From contig CAJORF010000140.1 in NCBI GenBank assembly GCA_905236985.1, positions 5,973 through 69,972 of the forward strand: 64,000 nucleotides of DNA. Reading direction: 5' to 3'. Positions 35,072 to 44,687 of this stretch are shown here, piece by piece. Source of the DNA: an uncultured Bacteroidaceae bacterium. Its GTDB lineage: Bacteria > Bacteroidota > Bacteroidia > Bacteroidales > Bacteroidaceae. The notes beneath the pieces are model-generated. The model worked only from the letters and a program-made list of their open reading frames with translations, had not been told where the DNA came from and made no database searches. Numbering within the stretch: position 1 is the stretch's first letter; each line of letters starts with the position of its first letter. Made by a program: the position numbers and the translations under genes.

Positions 35072-38000
35072 TTGAGAGGACATTTTGCACATAGATTGTT
35101 GTTGCTGACAGTCATATTCATGGCAGTCAGCTCTTCACTATTTGCACAAGTGACCAATCCCTCCCTTGGAGAATCGAAACCACTAATTCCCCAAAAGACG
35201 ATTCCTGAGACCGTTGAAGACCTTGACACCACGGGTATTGGCATCAAACGGCCTGATAATATCAAGCAGGTCGAAGAACTTGACTCGTTGAGTGACAACT
35301 ACCGCATCGGCACGAGGCTCGGTACGGGCGGTTTCCTGAACACACCTATTCTCATGACGCCCAACGAGTACCAACGATGGACGTTACAGCAATCCATGAA
35401 TGCCTACTACCGCCAGAAGAACCGCGAAGAGTATGAGAGCAAGGGCAAGAGCAAGTTCGACTTTACCGACATGAAGTTCGACCTCGGCCCCGCAGAGAAA
35501 ATCTTCGGTCCGGGCGGCGTGCAGATCAAGACACAAGGCTCCGCAGAGATTAAGATAGGTGGTAACCACAAGAAAATCAACAATCCCTCGCTCGCTTCCA
35601 ACCGTCGCAAGACCTTCGGTTTCGATTTCGACGAGAAGATCAACCTCAGCGTGAACGGTAAAGTAGGTGATAAGATCAACCTGAATATCAACTACAACAC
35701 CGAAGCCACGATGGAGGTCGATGCCCAGCAAATGAAACTGAAGTACGACGGCAAGGAGGACGAAATCATCAAGTTGGTGGAAGGTGGTCATGTATCCATG
35801 CCCTCCAACTCGACGCTCATCCACGGCGTGTCGAGCCTCTTCGGTCTGCGTACCGACCTGCAATTTGGCAAGTTGAAACTACAGACGGTGGTCAGCCAGA
35901 AGAACTCCGCCTCAACGAGCGTAAGCTCCAAAGGCGGTTCCCAAACCACCAACTACGAGATCTCTGCCGTCGATTACGAAGAGAACCGCCACTTCTGGCT
36001 CGCCCATTACTTCCACGACAACTACGACCGATGGATGAAAACCCTGCCGACCATCGCCAGCGGCATCACCATCAAGCGCGTGGAGGTATGGTTGACCAAC
36101 AAACGCGCCGCTTCCACGCAGAACAACCGCAACCTACTCGCCTTCACGGACTTGGGTGAGGCTGTACATATCAGCAATCCCATTTGGACTCGCGGCGCAA
36201 CAACAACACAACCCCAAAACCGTGCCAACACGCTCTATGAAGACCTTGTCAACATCTACTCCGAGGCACGTGACATCAGCGTAGCGACCACCATCTTGGA
36301 CGAGATTAAAGACTTCAGCGGCGGCATGGATTACGAAAAGCTGCAGTCGGCACGTCTGTTGACCTCGTCGGAATATACCATCAACAACGCATTGGGTTAT
36401 ATCTCGCTCAACTTCCAGTTGGAACCCGACGATGTGCTGGCCGTAGCTTTCGAATACACCCTAAACGGTCAGACCTTCCAAGTAGGTGAGTTTGCCAGTG
36501 ACCTCACCGATAACTCACAATGTCTGTATGTCAAGGCATTGAAAAGCACCAGCGGTTCGCCTTCGATGGGTAACTGGCCGCTGATGATGAAAAACATCTA
36601 CTCGCTCGGTGCCACTTCGACACAGAAAGAAAAGTTCCGCCTCGATATTAAGTATCAAAACGACACCGCAGGCGTCTATCAGACCTATCTGCCCGAGGCC
36701 AACCTGAAGGCTACCCCCCTGCTGCGAGCCTTGAACCTCGACCGCTTGGACAATAACAACCGCTCGAATGCCGATGGACAGTTTGACTATGTCGAGGGCT
36801 ATACCATTTCTAAGGGACGCATCATCTTCCCTGTGGCAGAGCCTTTCGGCGACCATCTCCGTTCGTGGATCGGCAGCGATGCCATCGCTGACAAATATTG
36901 TTTCGATGCCCTCTACGACAGTACCAAAACCGTAGCCAAGCAGATAGCCGAACAGAACAAATTCCTGCTCACCGGACGCTACAAGGGTACGAATGGAGCG
37001 GAGATCAGTCTCGGTGTGACAAACGTTGCCCCAGGGAGCGTAGTCGTCACAGCAGGCGGTGTCACGCTGACGGAGAATGTCGATTACCGTGTAGATTACT
37101 CGATGGGAACGGTCTATATCCTCAACCAGAGCATCATCGATGCCGGAACAAAGGTCAACGCCAGCGTCGAATCCAACGACACCTACGGTATGCAGCGAAA
37201 GACGATGTTGGGCCTTAACTGGGACTACGAGTTCAACAAGAACTTCGTCATCGGTGGTACCTTACAGTTCCTCAACGAACAGCCGCTGACCACCAAGGTC
37301 AATATGGGCACCGAGCCGCTGAAGAACACCCTCTGGGGCGTACACTTAGACTGGAAGAAAGAAGCGCAGTGGCTCACCAATGCCCTCAATGCCATCCCGT
37401 TGCTGAACTTCACGGCACCGTCGCAGATTGCCTTCAGCGCCGACTTTGCCCAACTCATCGCAGGTCAGAACCGCAAGGTGCAGGGCGAAGCATCGTATAT
37501 GGACGATTTCGAGAACACCAAGAACCGCCTGAGCATCACCACGCCCACGGCTTGGATGCTCTCGTCAGTGCCCTCACCCTTTGAAGGATCCAAGCTCACC
37601 AACGATGTGCGCAGCGGATACCAACGCGCACGTCTTGCCTGGTACTACATCGATCCCATCTTTACGCGTCGCAGCAGCTCGCTGACACCCCCTCACATCA
37701 AGAGCGACCTCAACCAGCTGTCGAACCACTACGTTCGCGAGGTCTATGAGCGCGACCTCTATCCCAACAAACAGCAAAACTCCTACTCCGAGGCGGCATC
37801 GCTCAATGTGCTCAACCTCGCCTACTATCCCACCGAGCGAGGAGCCTATAACCTTAACCCCGATCTCGACGTAAACGGTCGCCTGCGGAATCCCAAGGAG
37901 AACTGGGGCGGCATGATGCGTAAGCTCGACTATCCCGACTTCGAAGCACAGAACATCGAGTACTTAGAGTTCTGGATGCTCGACCCGTTCATCTACACCG

Positions 38001-41000
38001 GCGATGACCCGAGCTACGGCGGCGAGCTGTACATCGACCTTGGCGAGATCAGCGAGGACGTGCTCAAGGATGGTAAGAAGTTCTACGAGAGTGGACTGCC
38101 ACTGGACGACAACACGAGCTACTACACCGAAACCGCCTGGGGACGCGTTCCCATCGGCACCAGCGTCACATACGCATTTAATAATGAATCGGGCGCGCGC
38201 ACGCGTCAAGATGTCGGTCTCAACGGACTCAGATCAGATCAAGAGCGCACTTATCCGGCATACGCCCAGTACTTACAGGAGATTCAGGGCAAGGTGTCGC
38301 CCGAGGTCTTCGACAGCATCATGGCAGACCCGGCAGGCGATGACTACCATTACTACCGTGGCACCGATTTCGACCGCGATCGTGTGAGCATCCTCGACCG
38401 CTACAAGCGCATCAACCTGCCTGAAGGCAACTCGCCCGATACCGAGAACTCGCCCGAGAGCTACGAAACGGCCTACAAGACCACACCCGATGTCGAGGAC
38501 ATCAACCAGGACTACACGCTGAACGAGTACGAGAAGTACTTCCAATACCATATCTCCATCCATCCAGGTGACACGATCATTGGTCGCAACTACATCGCCG
38601 ACATCCGTCACCTGACAGCTCATCTGCGCAATGGAGAGAAGGAACCCGAACGCTGGTTCCAGTTCCGCGTGCCTTTGGAGGAGTTCGAGCGTGCAGAGGG
38701 AGGTATCAAGGATTTCAATTCCATCCGTTTTATCCGCATTTATCTCACAGGGTTCGAGAAGCCCATCATCCTGCGCTTCGCCACCTTTGACCTCGTGCAA
38801 GCCGACTGGCGTAACTACGAGCAAGCACTCTACAGCGGTCAGGCTCCCTCAGTCGGTGGAACACTGGAGATCAGTGCCGTCAACATTGAGGAGAACAACG
38901 ACAAGCAGCCCGTCAACTACGTGCTACCGCCAGGCATCAGCCGCGTCACTGACCCCAACCAGAGCCAGCTCGTTGAGTCCAATGAGCAAGCACTCTCTCT
39001 CATCGCCAAGAACTTGGCTCCAGGTGATGCCCGCGCCGTGTTCAAGAACTGCAACTACGATATGCGCCAGTACAAGCATCTGCAGATGTTTGTACATGCC
39101 AACGCCCTTGCCAACGACGTCACCAACTTGCAAGACGGCGAGACCTCTGTCTTCCTGCGCTTAGGTTCCGACTACAGGAGCAACTACTACGAATACGAAG
39201 TGCCATTGACGCTGACACAGGAGAAGATAGGTGCAGGCTACGACACCTATAACGCACGCGACTGCCGAGCCGTGTGGCCCGAGGAGAACATGATTGACAT
39301 CGACCTCAGCAAGCTCACTGCCGTCAAGAAGAACCGCAACCACGAGAAGAGCCTCGGCACAGCCAGCTACAACCGTGAATTCAGTGAATTTGACAGCGAC
39401 AAGCCCAGCAACCGTATTAGCGTGATGGGTAATCCTACGCTGGGCGAGGTAAAGACCATCATGATTGGTATCCGCAACAACGGTCGTACGGTGAAGAGCG
39501 TCGAGGTGTGGGCCAACGAGTTGCGATTGCAGGAATTCTCCAACGAAGGTGGTTGGGCGGCACAGGCTGCGCTGAACATTCAGCTCTCCGACCTCGGCAG
39601 CCTCAACGTGCAGGGGCACATTGAAAAGGCCGGTTTCGGAGGCATCGAGCAAAGCGTCAGCGAGCGCAGCAACGAAGACACCTACGAATACACCATCACG
39701 ACACAACTCGACTTCGGCAAGATCCTGCCACCGACGGCAAAGGTCAGCGTGCCGTTCTACTACAGCTATGCCCGTGAGGTTGTGAAACCCAAGTACAACC
39801 CACTCGACACGGATATGCTCCTAAGCGATGCCTTGGATGCCGCCGTAACCAAGCATGAGAAGGACTCCATTACCAACTTGACCACACAGCAACAGGTGAC
39901 GAAAAACCTCTCACTGACAGGTGTCAAGGTGAACATACAGAGCAAGAAGCATCCGATGCCCTACGATCCCGCCAACTTCACCTTCAACTACAGCCATACG
40001 CACACCTATAATGTGGGAGAGACCACAGCATACGAGCACGAGAAGACGTGGCGAGGCGGTTTGAACTACAGCTGGTCGCCCAACTTCAAGCCTTGGGAAC
40101 CGTTCAAGAACATCAAGTCCAAGTCGAAGTGGCTCGATCTGGTGAAAGCACAGAACTTGAACTATCTGCCACAGAGCCTTACCTTCAACACAGATATCAT
40201 CCGCAACTACTACGAGATTCAGGAACGCGATATGGAAAATCTCGAGTCACCCAATGCGATACCCGTTCGCTGGACTCCCTCGTTCCTGTGGAACCGTGAA
40301 TTCAACCTTCGCTGGGACTTGACCAGGGCACTCCATTTCACCTTCCAGAGCGGCACGCACGCCGAGATCGAAGAGCCTTACACGCCCGTCAACAAAGACC
40401 TCTATCCTGACAGCTACTCCGCATGGAAGGACAGCGTCTGGCACAGTATCAAAGGCTTCGGCACTCCGTTGGACTACACGCAGAGCGTGCAAGCCAGCTA
40501 CAAAGTGCCGTTAGATAAGATTCCGCTATTCGATTGGATTTCTGCCGATGGCACCTATCAGGGCAACTACACTTGGCGACGCGGTGCCGAGCTCGAAGAC
40601 GGGAACACCCTCGGCAACACCATCAACACGCAGCGCACGGTGAACCTCAACGGCAAGCTGAATATGGAGACGCTCTACAACCACTCCAAGTTCCTGCAAG
40701 ATGCCAACAAACGTTTCTCCACCTCCACCATCAAGAGCGAAGGCCGGAAGAAAGACCAAGCCAAGAAAAAAGAGAAGGAGGCGAAGAAAAAGGAAGAGGA
40801 AGCCGCCGCTAAGAAACTTGCTGAGGCACAGAAGAAAGCTGCCGCAGGCGACAGCACCGACTTGAAGGCCCTCAATGACCCATCCAAACTCAAGGCACAA
40901 GGCAATGCCAAGGGCGTCAGCAACCAGAAGACACAGGTGAAGGGCTTCGCGGGAGAGGTCCTATTGCCCGACTCTGCCATTGAGCTTAGCCACGGACAGA

Positions 41001-43114
41001 AGAGTAAGCGCATTGTTGTCACCGCCAAGGATGCGAACGGCAAAGCGTATCCGATCAAGTACCGCATCTTGGACGAGAACAAGATACAGATTCTTCCACC
41101 CAAGGAGTTAGCAGCCGCTGCCAAGAAGGCACGCAAGGAAGCAGAGCGCGCTAAGAAAGAAGCAGAAAAGGAAGCCAAGCGCATACAAAAGGAAGCAGAA
41201 CGCGCGCAAAAGAAAGCCGCAAAGGAAGCCCAGAAGAAAGGGCTCGCAGCAGACAGTCTCCTGGCTACTGCCGATAGCCTCGCTCTTGCCACCGACAGTC
41301 TTACCCTCGCCGACAGCAAGAGAACCGAGGACAAAAAAGATGAGGACAAGAGAACCGACGGAAAGAGAACCGAGGACAAAAAAGACGAGGACAAGAGAAC
41401 CGACGGAAAGAGAACCGAGGACAAGAAAGCCCCTGTCTCCAAAGATGACCTCACCGAGGGTTCTGTGGTCGGCGGTTCCTCCGCCGAGATCCCCGCTGTC
41501 TCCTCCCTTGACAGCCTCCTTGCCCCCCTGAAGCTCCGTGTTAACGTCGTTGCCAAGCCCAAGCTCGAAGACGAGAAATGGTATCAGTGGGCTCAGGCAG
41601 GCGCGCGCTTCTTGATGATGCTCCGCAACGTAAGCATCAGCTACCGCAACACCTACGCCCTCACTCTGCCTGGCTTCATGCCCAACGTGGGTGACGCCCT
41701 CGGCCAGCGCAAACTCAACGGTGTCATGTCACCCGGTCTCGACTTCGCTTTCGGACTCGTCGGCGACAGCTACATCACCCGTGCACAAGAGAACGGCTGG
41801 CTCCTCAACAGTGACAGCGTAGCAACGCCTGCCACCACCAACGCGATGACCGATGTGCAGCTCAAGGCAACCCTTGAACCGTTACCCGACCTGAAGATAG
41901 ACCTCAGTGCCAGCCACACGAGCAACAAGTCCAAGAGCATCCAATACATGTACATCGGCAATCCGACCACGCGCACAGGAACCTTCAACATGACGACCAT
42001 TAGCCTGCGCACGGCCTTCCAGAGCCGTGGCAATGCCAACAATGGCTATACCAGCGAAGCTTTCCGCCGCTTCCAAGACTTCCTGCCGATCATTCAGCAG
42101 CGCGTCGAAGCCAAATACATTGGTACCCGCTACCCCGAGCTCACGGGCATGAGCGGCACCTTCGACCCCGCCAACGGCACCGTCGATCTATACAGCAGCG
42201 ACGTGATGATTCCAGCATTCCTCGCCGCCTATACAGGTGGTAGTGCTAATGGAGCCAGCCTCGACATCTTCCCCGCCATTACGCGCATGCTCCCCAACTG
42301 GAGCCTCTCCTATAAGGGACTCTCTAATTTGCCTTGGATACGCGACCATCTGAAGAGCCTCACGCTGACGCACACCTACAAGAGTGTCTATGCCGTAGGT
42401 TCCTACAACAGCTATGCCTCGTGGGTCGAATACATGAATGGCTCGGACATGGGTTACGTGCAGAACACCACGACGGGAATGTACTCTCCCTCATCGATGT
42501 ATGATATCTCCACCGTAAGCATCAACGAAGCCTTCTCACCGCTGATCGGTCTCAACGCGACGCTCCAGAACAATATGACACTGAAGCTCGAGTACCGCAA
42601 GACCCGCGTGCTGACGCTCTCCATGACAGCCGCCCAGATCAATGAGGCCTGCTCGGAGGACATCGTCTTCGGATGGGGCTATAAGATCAATGACTTTAAG
42701 ATTGGCGGACTCTTCAAGAGCAGGAGTAGCAGCCAGAAAGGCTCTTCCAAGAACAAGAAGAAAGGAGCAGAGTCCGACAGTGAGGAGCAAAGCTCCAAGT
42801 CCAACAGCAAGAACTCCAAAAGCAGTTCAAGCAGCAACCGCAGCACCTTCGCCCACGACCTCAATTTGCGTTTCGACTTCTCGCTGCGCAGTCAGGACGC
42901 CGTGATGCGAAACATACAGACTTCCCTTTCCGAGGCCACCAGCGGTAATCGTGCCATCAAGGCATCCTTCATGGCAGACTATACGATGAGCCGCTATGTG
43001 ACGCTGTCACTCTATTACGATTTCCAACGTAATGACCCGTTACTTTCCTCGTCATCGTACCCCACAATCACGCAAGACTTTGGTCTGAACCTGAAGTTCA
43101 TGCTGACGAGATAA
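35072..43114 (+). CDS. sprA: Type IX secretion system translocon / gliding motility protein SprA (Sov)
   Basis: The 2680-aa protein has the signal peptide MRGHFAHRLLLLTVIFMAVSSSLFAQ from a TTG start; the next ATG, at 35120, would leave no signal peptide. Size, beta-rich composition and conserved N-terminal stretches are typical of cell surface protein SprA. It contains Lys/Glu-rich low-complexity inserts. Confidence 0.85.
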   Translation: MRGHFAHRLLLLTVIFMAVSSSLFAQVTNPSLGESKPLIPQKTIPETVEDLDTTGIGIKRPDNIKQVEELDSLSDNYRIGTRLGTGGFLNTPILMTPNEYQRWTLQQSMNAYYRQKNREEYESKGKSKFDFTDMKFDLGPAEKIFGPGGVQIKTQGSAEIKIGGNHKKINNPSLASNRRKTFGFDFDEKINLSVNGKVGDKINLNINYNTEATMEVDAQQMKLKYDGKEDEIIKLVEGGHVSMPSNSTLIHGVSSLFGLRTDLQFGKLKLQTVVSQKNSASTSVSSKGGSQTTNYEISAVDYEENRHFWLAHYFHDNYDRWMKTLPTIASGITIKRVEVWLTNKRAASTQNNRNLLAFTDLGEAVHISNPIWTRGATTTQPQNRANTLYEDLVNIYSEARDISVATTILDEIKDFSGGMDYEKLQSARLLTSSEYTINNALGYISLNFQLEPDDVLAVAFEYTLNGQTFQVGEFASDLTDNSQCLYVKALKSTSGSPSMGNWPLMMKNIYSLGATSTQKEKFRLDIKYQNDTAGVYQTYLPEANLKATPLLRALNLDRLDNNNRSNADGQFDYVEGYTISKGRIIFPVAEPFGDHLRSWIGSDAIADKYCFDALYDSTKTVAKQIAEQNKFLLTGRYKGTNGAEISLGVTNVAPGSVVVTAGGVTLTENVDYRVDYSMGTVYILNQSIIDAGTKVNASVESNDTYGMQRKTMLGLNWDYEFNKNFVIGGTLQFLNEQPLTTKVNMGTEPLKNTLWGVHLDWKKEAQWLTNALNAIPLLNFTAPSQIAFSADFAQLIAGQNRKVQGEASYMDDFENTKNRLSITTPTAWMLSSVPSPFEGSKLTNDVRSGYQRARLAWYYIDPIFTRRSSSLTPPHIKSDLNQLSNHYVREVYERDLYPNKQQNSYSEAASLNVLNLAYYPTERGAYNLNPDLDVNGRLRNPKENWGGMMRKLDYPDFEAQNIEYLEFWMLDPFIYTGDDPSYGGELYIDLGEISEDVLKDGKKFYESGLPLDDNTSYYTETAWGRVPIGTSVTYAFNNESGARTRQDVGLNGLRSDQERTYPAYAQYLQEIQGKVSPEVFDSIMADPAGDDYHYYRGTDFDRDRVSILDRYKRINLPEGNSPDTENSPESYETAYKTTPDVEDINQDYTLNEYEKYFQYHISIHPGDTIIGRNYIADIRHLTAHLRNGEKEPERWFQFRVPLEEFERAEGGIKDFNSIRFIRIYLTGFEKPIILRFATFDLVQADWRNYEQALYSGQAPSVGGTLEISAVNIEENNDKQPVNYVLPPGISRVTDPNQSQLVESNEQALSLIAKNLAPGDARAVFKNCNYDMRQYKHLQMFVHANALANDVTNLQDGETSVFLRLGSDYRSNYYEYEVPLTLTQEKIGAGYDTYNARDCRAVWPEENMIDIDLSKLTAVKKNRNHEKSLGTASYNREFSEFDSDKPSNRISVMGNPTLGEVKTIMIGIRNNGRTVKSVEVWANELRLQEFSNEGGWAAQAALNIQLSDLGSLNVQGHIEKAGFGGIEQSVSERSNEDTYEYTITTQLDFGKILPPTAKVSVPFYYSYAREVVKPKYNPLDTDMLLSDALDAAVTKHEKDSITNLTTQQQVTKNLSLTGVKVNIQSKKHPMPYDPANFTFNYSHTHTYNVGETTAYEHEKTWRGGLNYSWSPNFKPWEPFKNIKSKSKWLDLVKAQNLNYLPQSLTFNTDIIRNYYEIQERDMENLESPNAIPVRWTPSFLWNREFNLRWDLTRALHFTFQSGTHAEIEEPYTPVNKDLYPDSYSAWKDSVWHSIKGFGTPLDYTQSVQASYKVPLDKIPLFDWISADGTYQGNYTWRRGAELEDGNTLGNTINTQRTVNLNGKLNMETLYNHSKFLQDANKRFSTSTIKSEGRKKDQAKKKEKEAKKKEEEAAAKKLAEAQKKAAAGDSTDLKALNDPSKLKAQGNAKGVSNQKTQVKGFAGEVLLPDSAIELSHGQKSKRIVVTAKDANGKAYPIKYRILDENKIQILPPKELAAAAKKARKEAERAKKEAEKEAKRIQKEAERAQKKAAKEAQKKGLAADSLLATADSLALATDSLTLADSKRTEDKKDEDKRTDGKRTEDKKDEDKRTDGKRTEDKKAPVSKDDLTEGSVVGGSSAEIPAVSSLDSLLAPLKLRVNVVAKPKLEDEKWYQWAQAGARFLMMLRNVSISYRNTYALTLPGFMPNVGDALGQRKLNGVMSPGLDFAFGLVGDSYITRAQENGWLLNSDSVATPATTNAMTDVQLKATLEPLPDLKIDLSASHTSNKSKSIQYMYIGNPTTRTGTFNMTTISLRTAFQSRGNANNGYTSEAFRRFQDFLPIIQQRVEAKYIGTRYPELTGMSGTFDPANGTVDLYSSDVMIPAFLAAYTGGSANGASLDIFPAITRMLPNWSLSYKGLSNLPWIRDHLKSLTLTHTYKSVYAVGSYNSYASWVEYMNGSDMGYVQNTTTGMYSPSSMYDISTVSINEAFSPLIGLNATLQNNMTLKLEYRKTRVLTLSMTAAQINEACSEDIVFGWGYKINDFKIGGLFKSRSSSQKGSSKNKKKGAESDSEEQSSKSNSKNSKSSSSSNRSTFAHDLNLRFDFSLRSQDAVMRNIQTSLSEATSGNRAIKASFMADYTMSRYVTLSLYYDFQRNDPLLSSSSYPTITQDFGLNLKFMLTR
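41318..41431 (+). repeat. 45-bp tandem repeat (about 2.5 copies) inside sprA encoding KRTEDKKDEDKRTDG
   Basis: aagagaaccgaggacaaaaaaga[t/c]gaggacaagagaaccgacgga occurs twice, followed by a partial third copy. Confidence 0.9.
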
Positions 43115-43155
43115 AAGTTTTCCCCACTTTCTTTGGAGATGTCGCAACAAAGCAG

Positions 43156-43163
43156 TACCTTTG
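43156..43163 (+). promoter_or_regulatory. Bacteroidota -7 promoter box TACCTTTG
   Basis: It matches TAnnTTTG 79 nt upstream of the purB ATG at 43242. Confidence 0.5.
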
Positions 43164-43241
43164 CGCCGCCTTTCGGGAGAAAGTGCAGAGAAAACACCTT
43201 ATTTATATATTAAAAAGACATCAGTCAACACGGCTCCTGCT

Positions 43242-44624
43242 ATGGAATTAACCCCACTGACAGCTACTTCGCCCATTGACGGGCGCTATCGCCAAAAGAC
43301 AGAATCACTGGATTGCTACTTTTCAGAATACGCACTCATCCGCTACCGCATTCGCGTAGAAATTGAATATTTCATCACTTTGTGCGAACTGCCCCTTCCG
43401 CAGTTGGCCGATGTACCCCACGACCTTTTCCCTCAGCTTCGCGCTATCTACGAGAACTTCTCGTCAGAGGATGCTGCACGTGTCAAGGCTATTGAGAGCG
43501 TGACCAACCACGATGTGAAAGCAGTTGAGTATTTCATCAAAGAAGGAGTTGACAAGTTAACAAGTAAAGAAGTTGACAAGTCTAATGCAGAAACGATCAA
43601 CTCGTCAACGTTCAAAGAATTCATCCACTTTGGTCTCACCTCACAGGACATCAACAACACGAGTGTCCCTTTGAGCATCAAGGAAGCGTTAGAGGAAGTC
43701 TATTATCCCCTTCTTCAGCAACTCATCGACCAACTCCATGCTTATTCCACCGAGTGGAAAGACATTGCGATGCTCGCCAAGACTCACGGCCAGCCCGCCT
43801 CCCCCACTCGCTTGGGCAAGGAGCTGATGGTGTTTGCCTATCGTCTCTCCCGTCAGTTCGACCTCTTGCGTGCATGCCCCATCACAGCCAAGTTTGGCGG
43901 TGCTACGGGCAACTTCAATGCTCATCACGTGGCTTATCCCGCCATCGACTGGCACGCCTTTGGCAATCGCTTCGTTGCTGAGAAGTTAGGACTGGAGCGT
44001 GAGCAGTGGACGACACAGATCTCCAACTACGACTGTCTCGGAGCACTCTTCGATGCCCTTCGTCGCATCAACACCATCATCATCGACCTCGACCGCGATA
44101 TCTGGCAATACATCTCAATGGGTTACTTCCGCCAGCGTGTGAAGGCAGGCGAAGTCGGTTCGAGTGCAATGCCCCATAAGGTCAACCCCATTGACTTTGA
44201 GAACTCCGAAGGCAACCTCGGCGTGGCCAACGCCCTGTTCAGCCATCTCGCCGAGAAACTGCCCGTGAGCCGCCTACAGCGTGACCTCACCGACAGCACC
44301 GTGCTGCGTAATGTCGGAGTGCCTATCGGTCACGCGATCATCGCCATACAGAGCACGTTGAAAGGTTTGGGCAAGCTGCTCCTCAACGAAGGAGCACTGC
44401 GCGATGACCTCGAACAGAACTGGGCAGTCGTCGCAGAAGGTATTCAGACGATCTTGCGACGTGAAGGCTATCCTAACCCTTACGAAGCCCTTAAGGCACT
44501 CACCCGCACAGGTGCTGCCATCAGCCATGAGAGTATCGCCACATTTATCGAAACGCTCGAAGTCAGCGAGAGCGTCAAGGCCGAGCTTCGTGCCATCACG
44601 CCCTGGAACTACACTGGAATGTAA
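43242..44624 (+). CDS. purB: Adenylosuccinate lyase
   Basis: MELTPLTATSPIDGRYRQKT is the typical PurB N-terminus. The signature region is GSSAMPHKVNPIDFEN. The 43161 start in the ORF track includes the promoter box and is rejected. Confidence 0.9.
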   Translation: MELTPLTATSPIDGRYRQKTESLDCYFSEYALIRYRIRVEIEYFITLCELPLPQLADVPHDLFPQLRAIYENFSSEDAARVKAIESVTNHDVKAVEYFIKEGVDKLTSKEVDKSNAETINSSTFKEFIHFGLTSQDINNTSVPLSIKEALEEVYYPLLQQLIDQLHAYSTEWKDIAMLAKTHGQPASPTRLGKELMVFAYRLSRQFDLLRACPITAKFGGATGNFNAHHVAYPAIDWHAFGNRFVAEKLGLEREQWTTQISNYDCLGALFDALRRINTIIIDLDRDIWQYISMGYFRQRVKAGEVGSSAMPHKVNPIDFENSEGNLGVANALFSHLAEKLPVSRLQRDLTDSTVLRNVGVPIGHAIIAIQSTLKGLGKLLLNEGALRDDLEQNWAVVAEGIQTILRREGYPNPYEALKALTRTGAAISHESIATFIETLEVSESVKAELRAITPWNYTGM

Positions 44625-44687
44625 TCCACAAATCCCCAATAAATCTATTCATTTTTATTACATTTAAAGAAACGTTTTTTAGAATCA

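Noticed and set aside
40675-41562. A 295-aa antisense ORF inside sprA
   Set aside because: It is the mirror of the Lys/Glu/Ala low-complexity insert and translates to a Ser/Phe/Leu-rich sequence. It lies wholly inside a well-supported 2680-aa gene.
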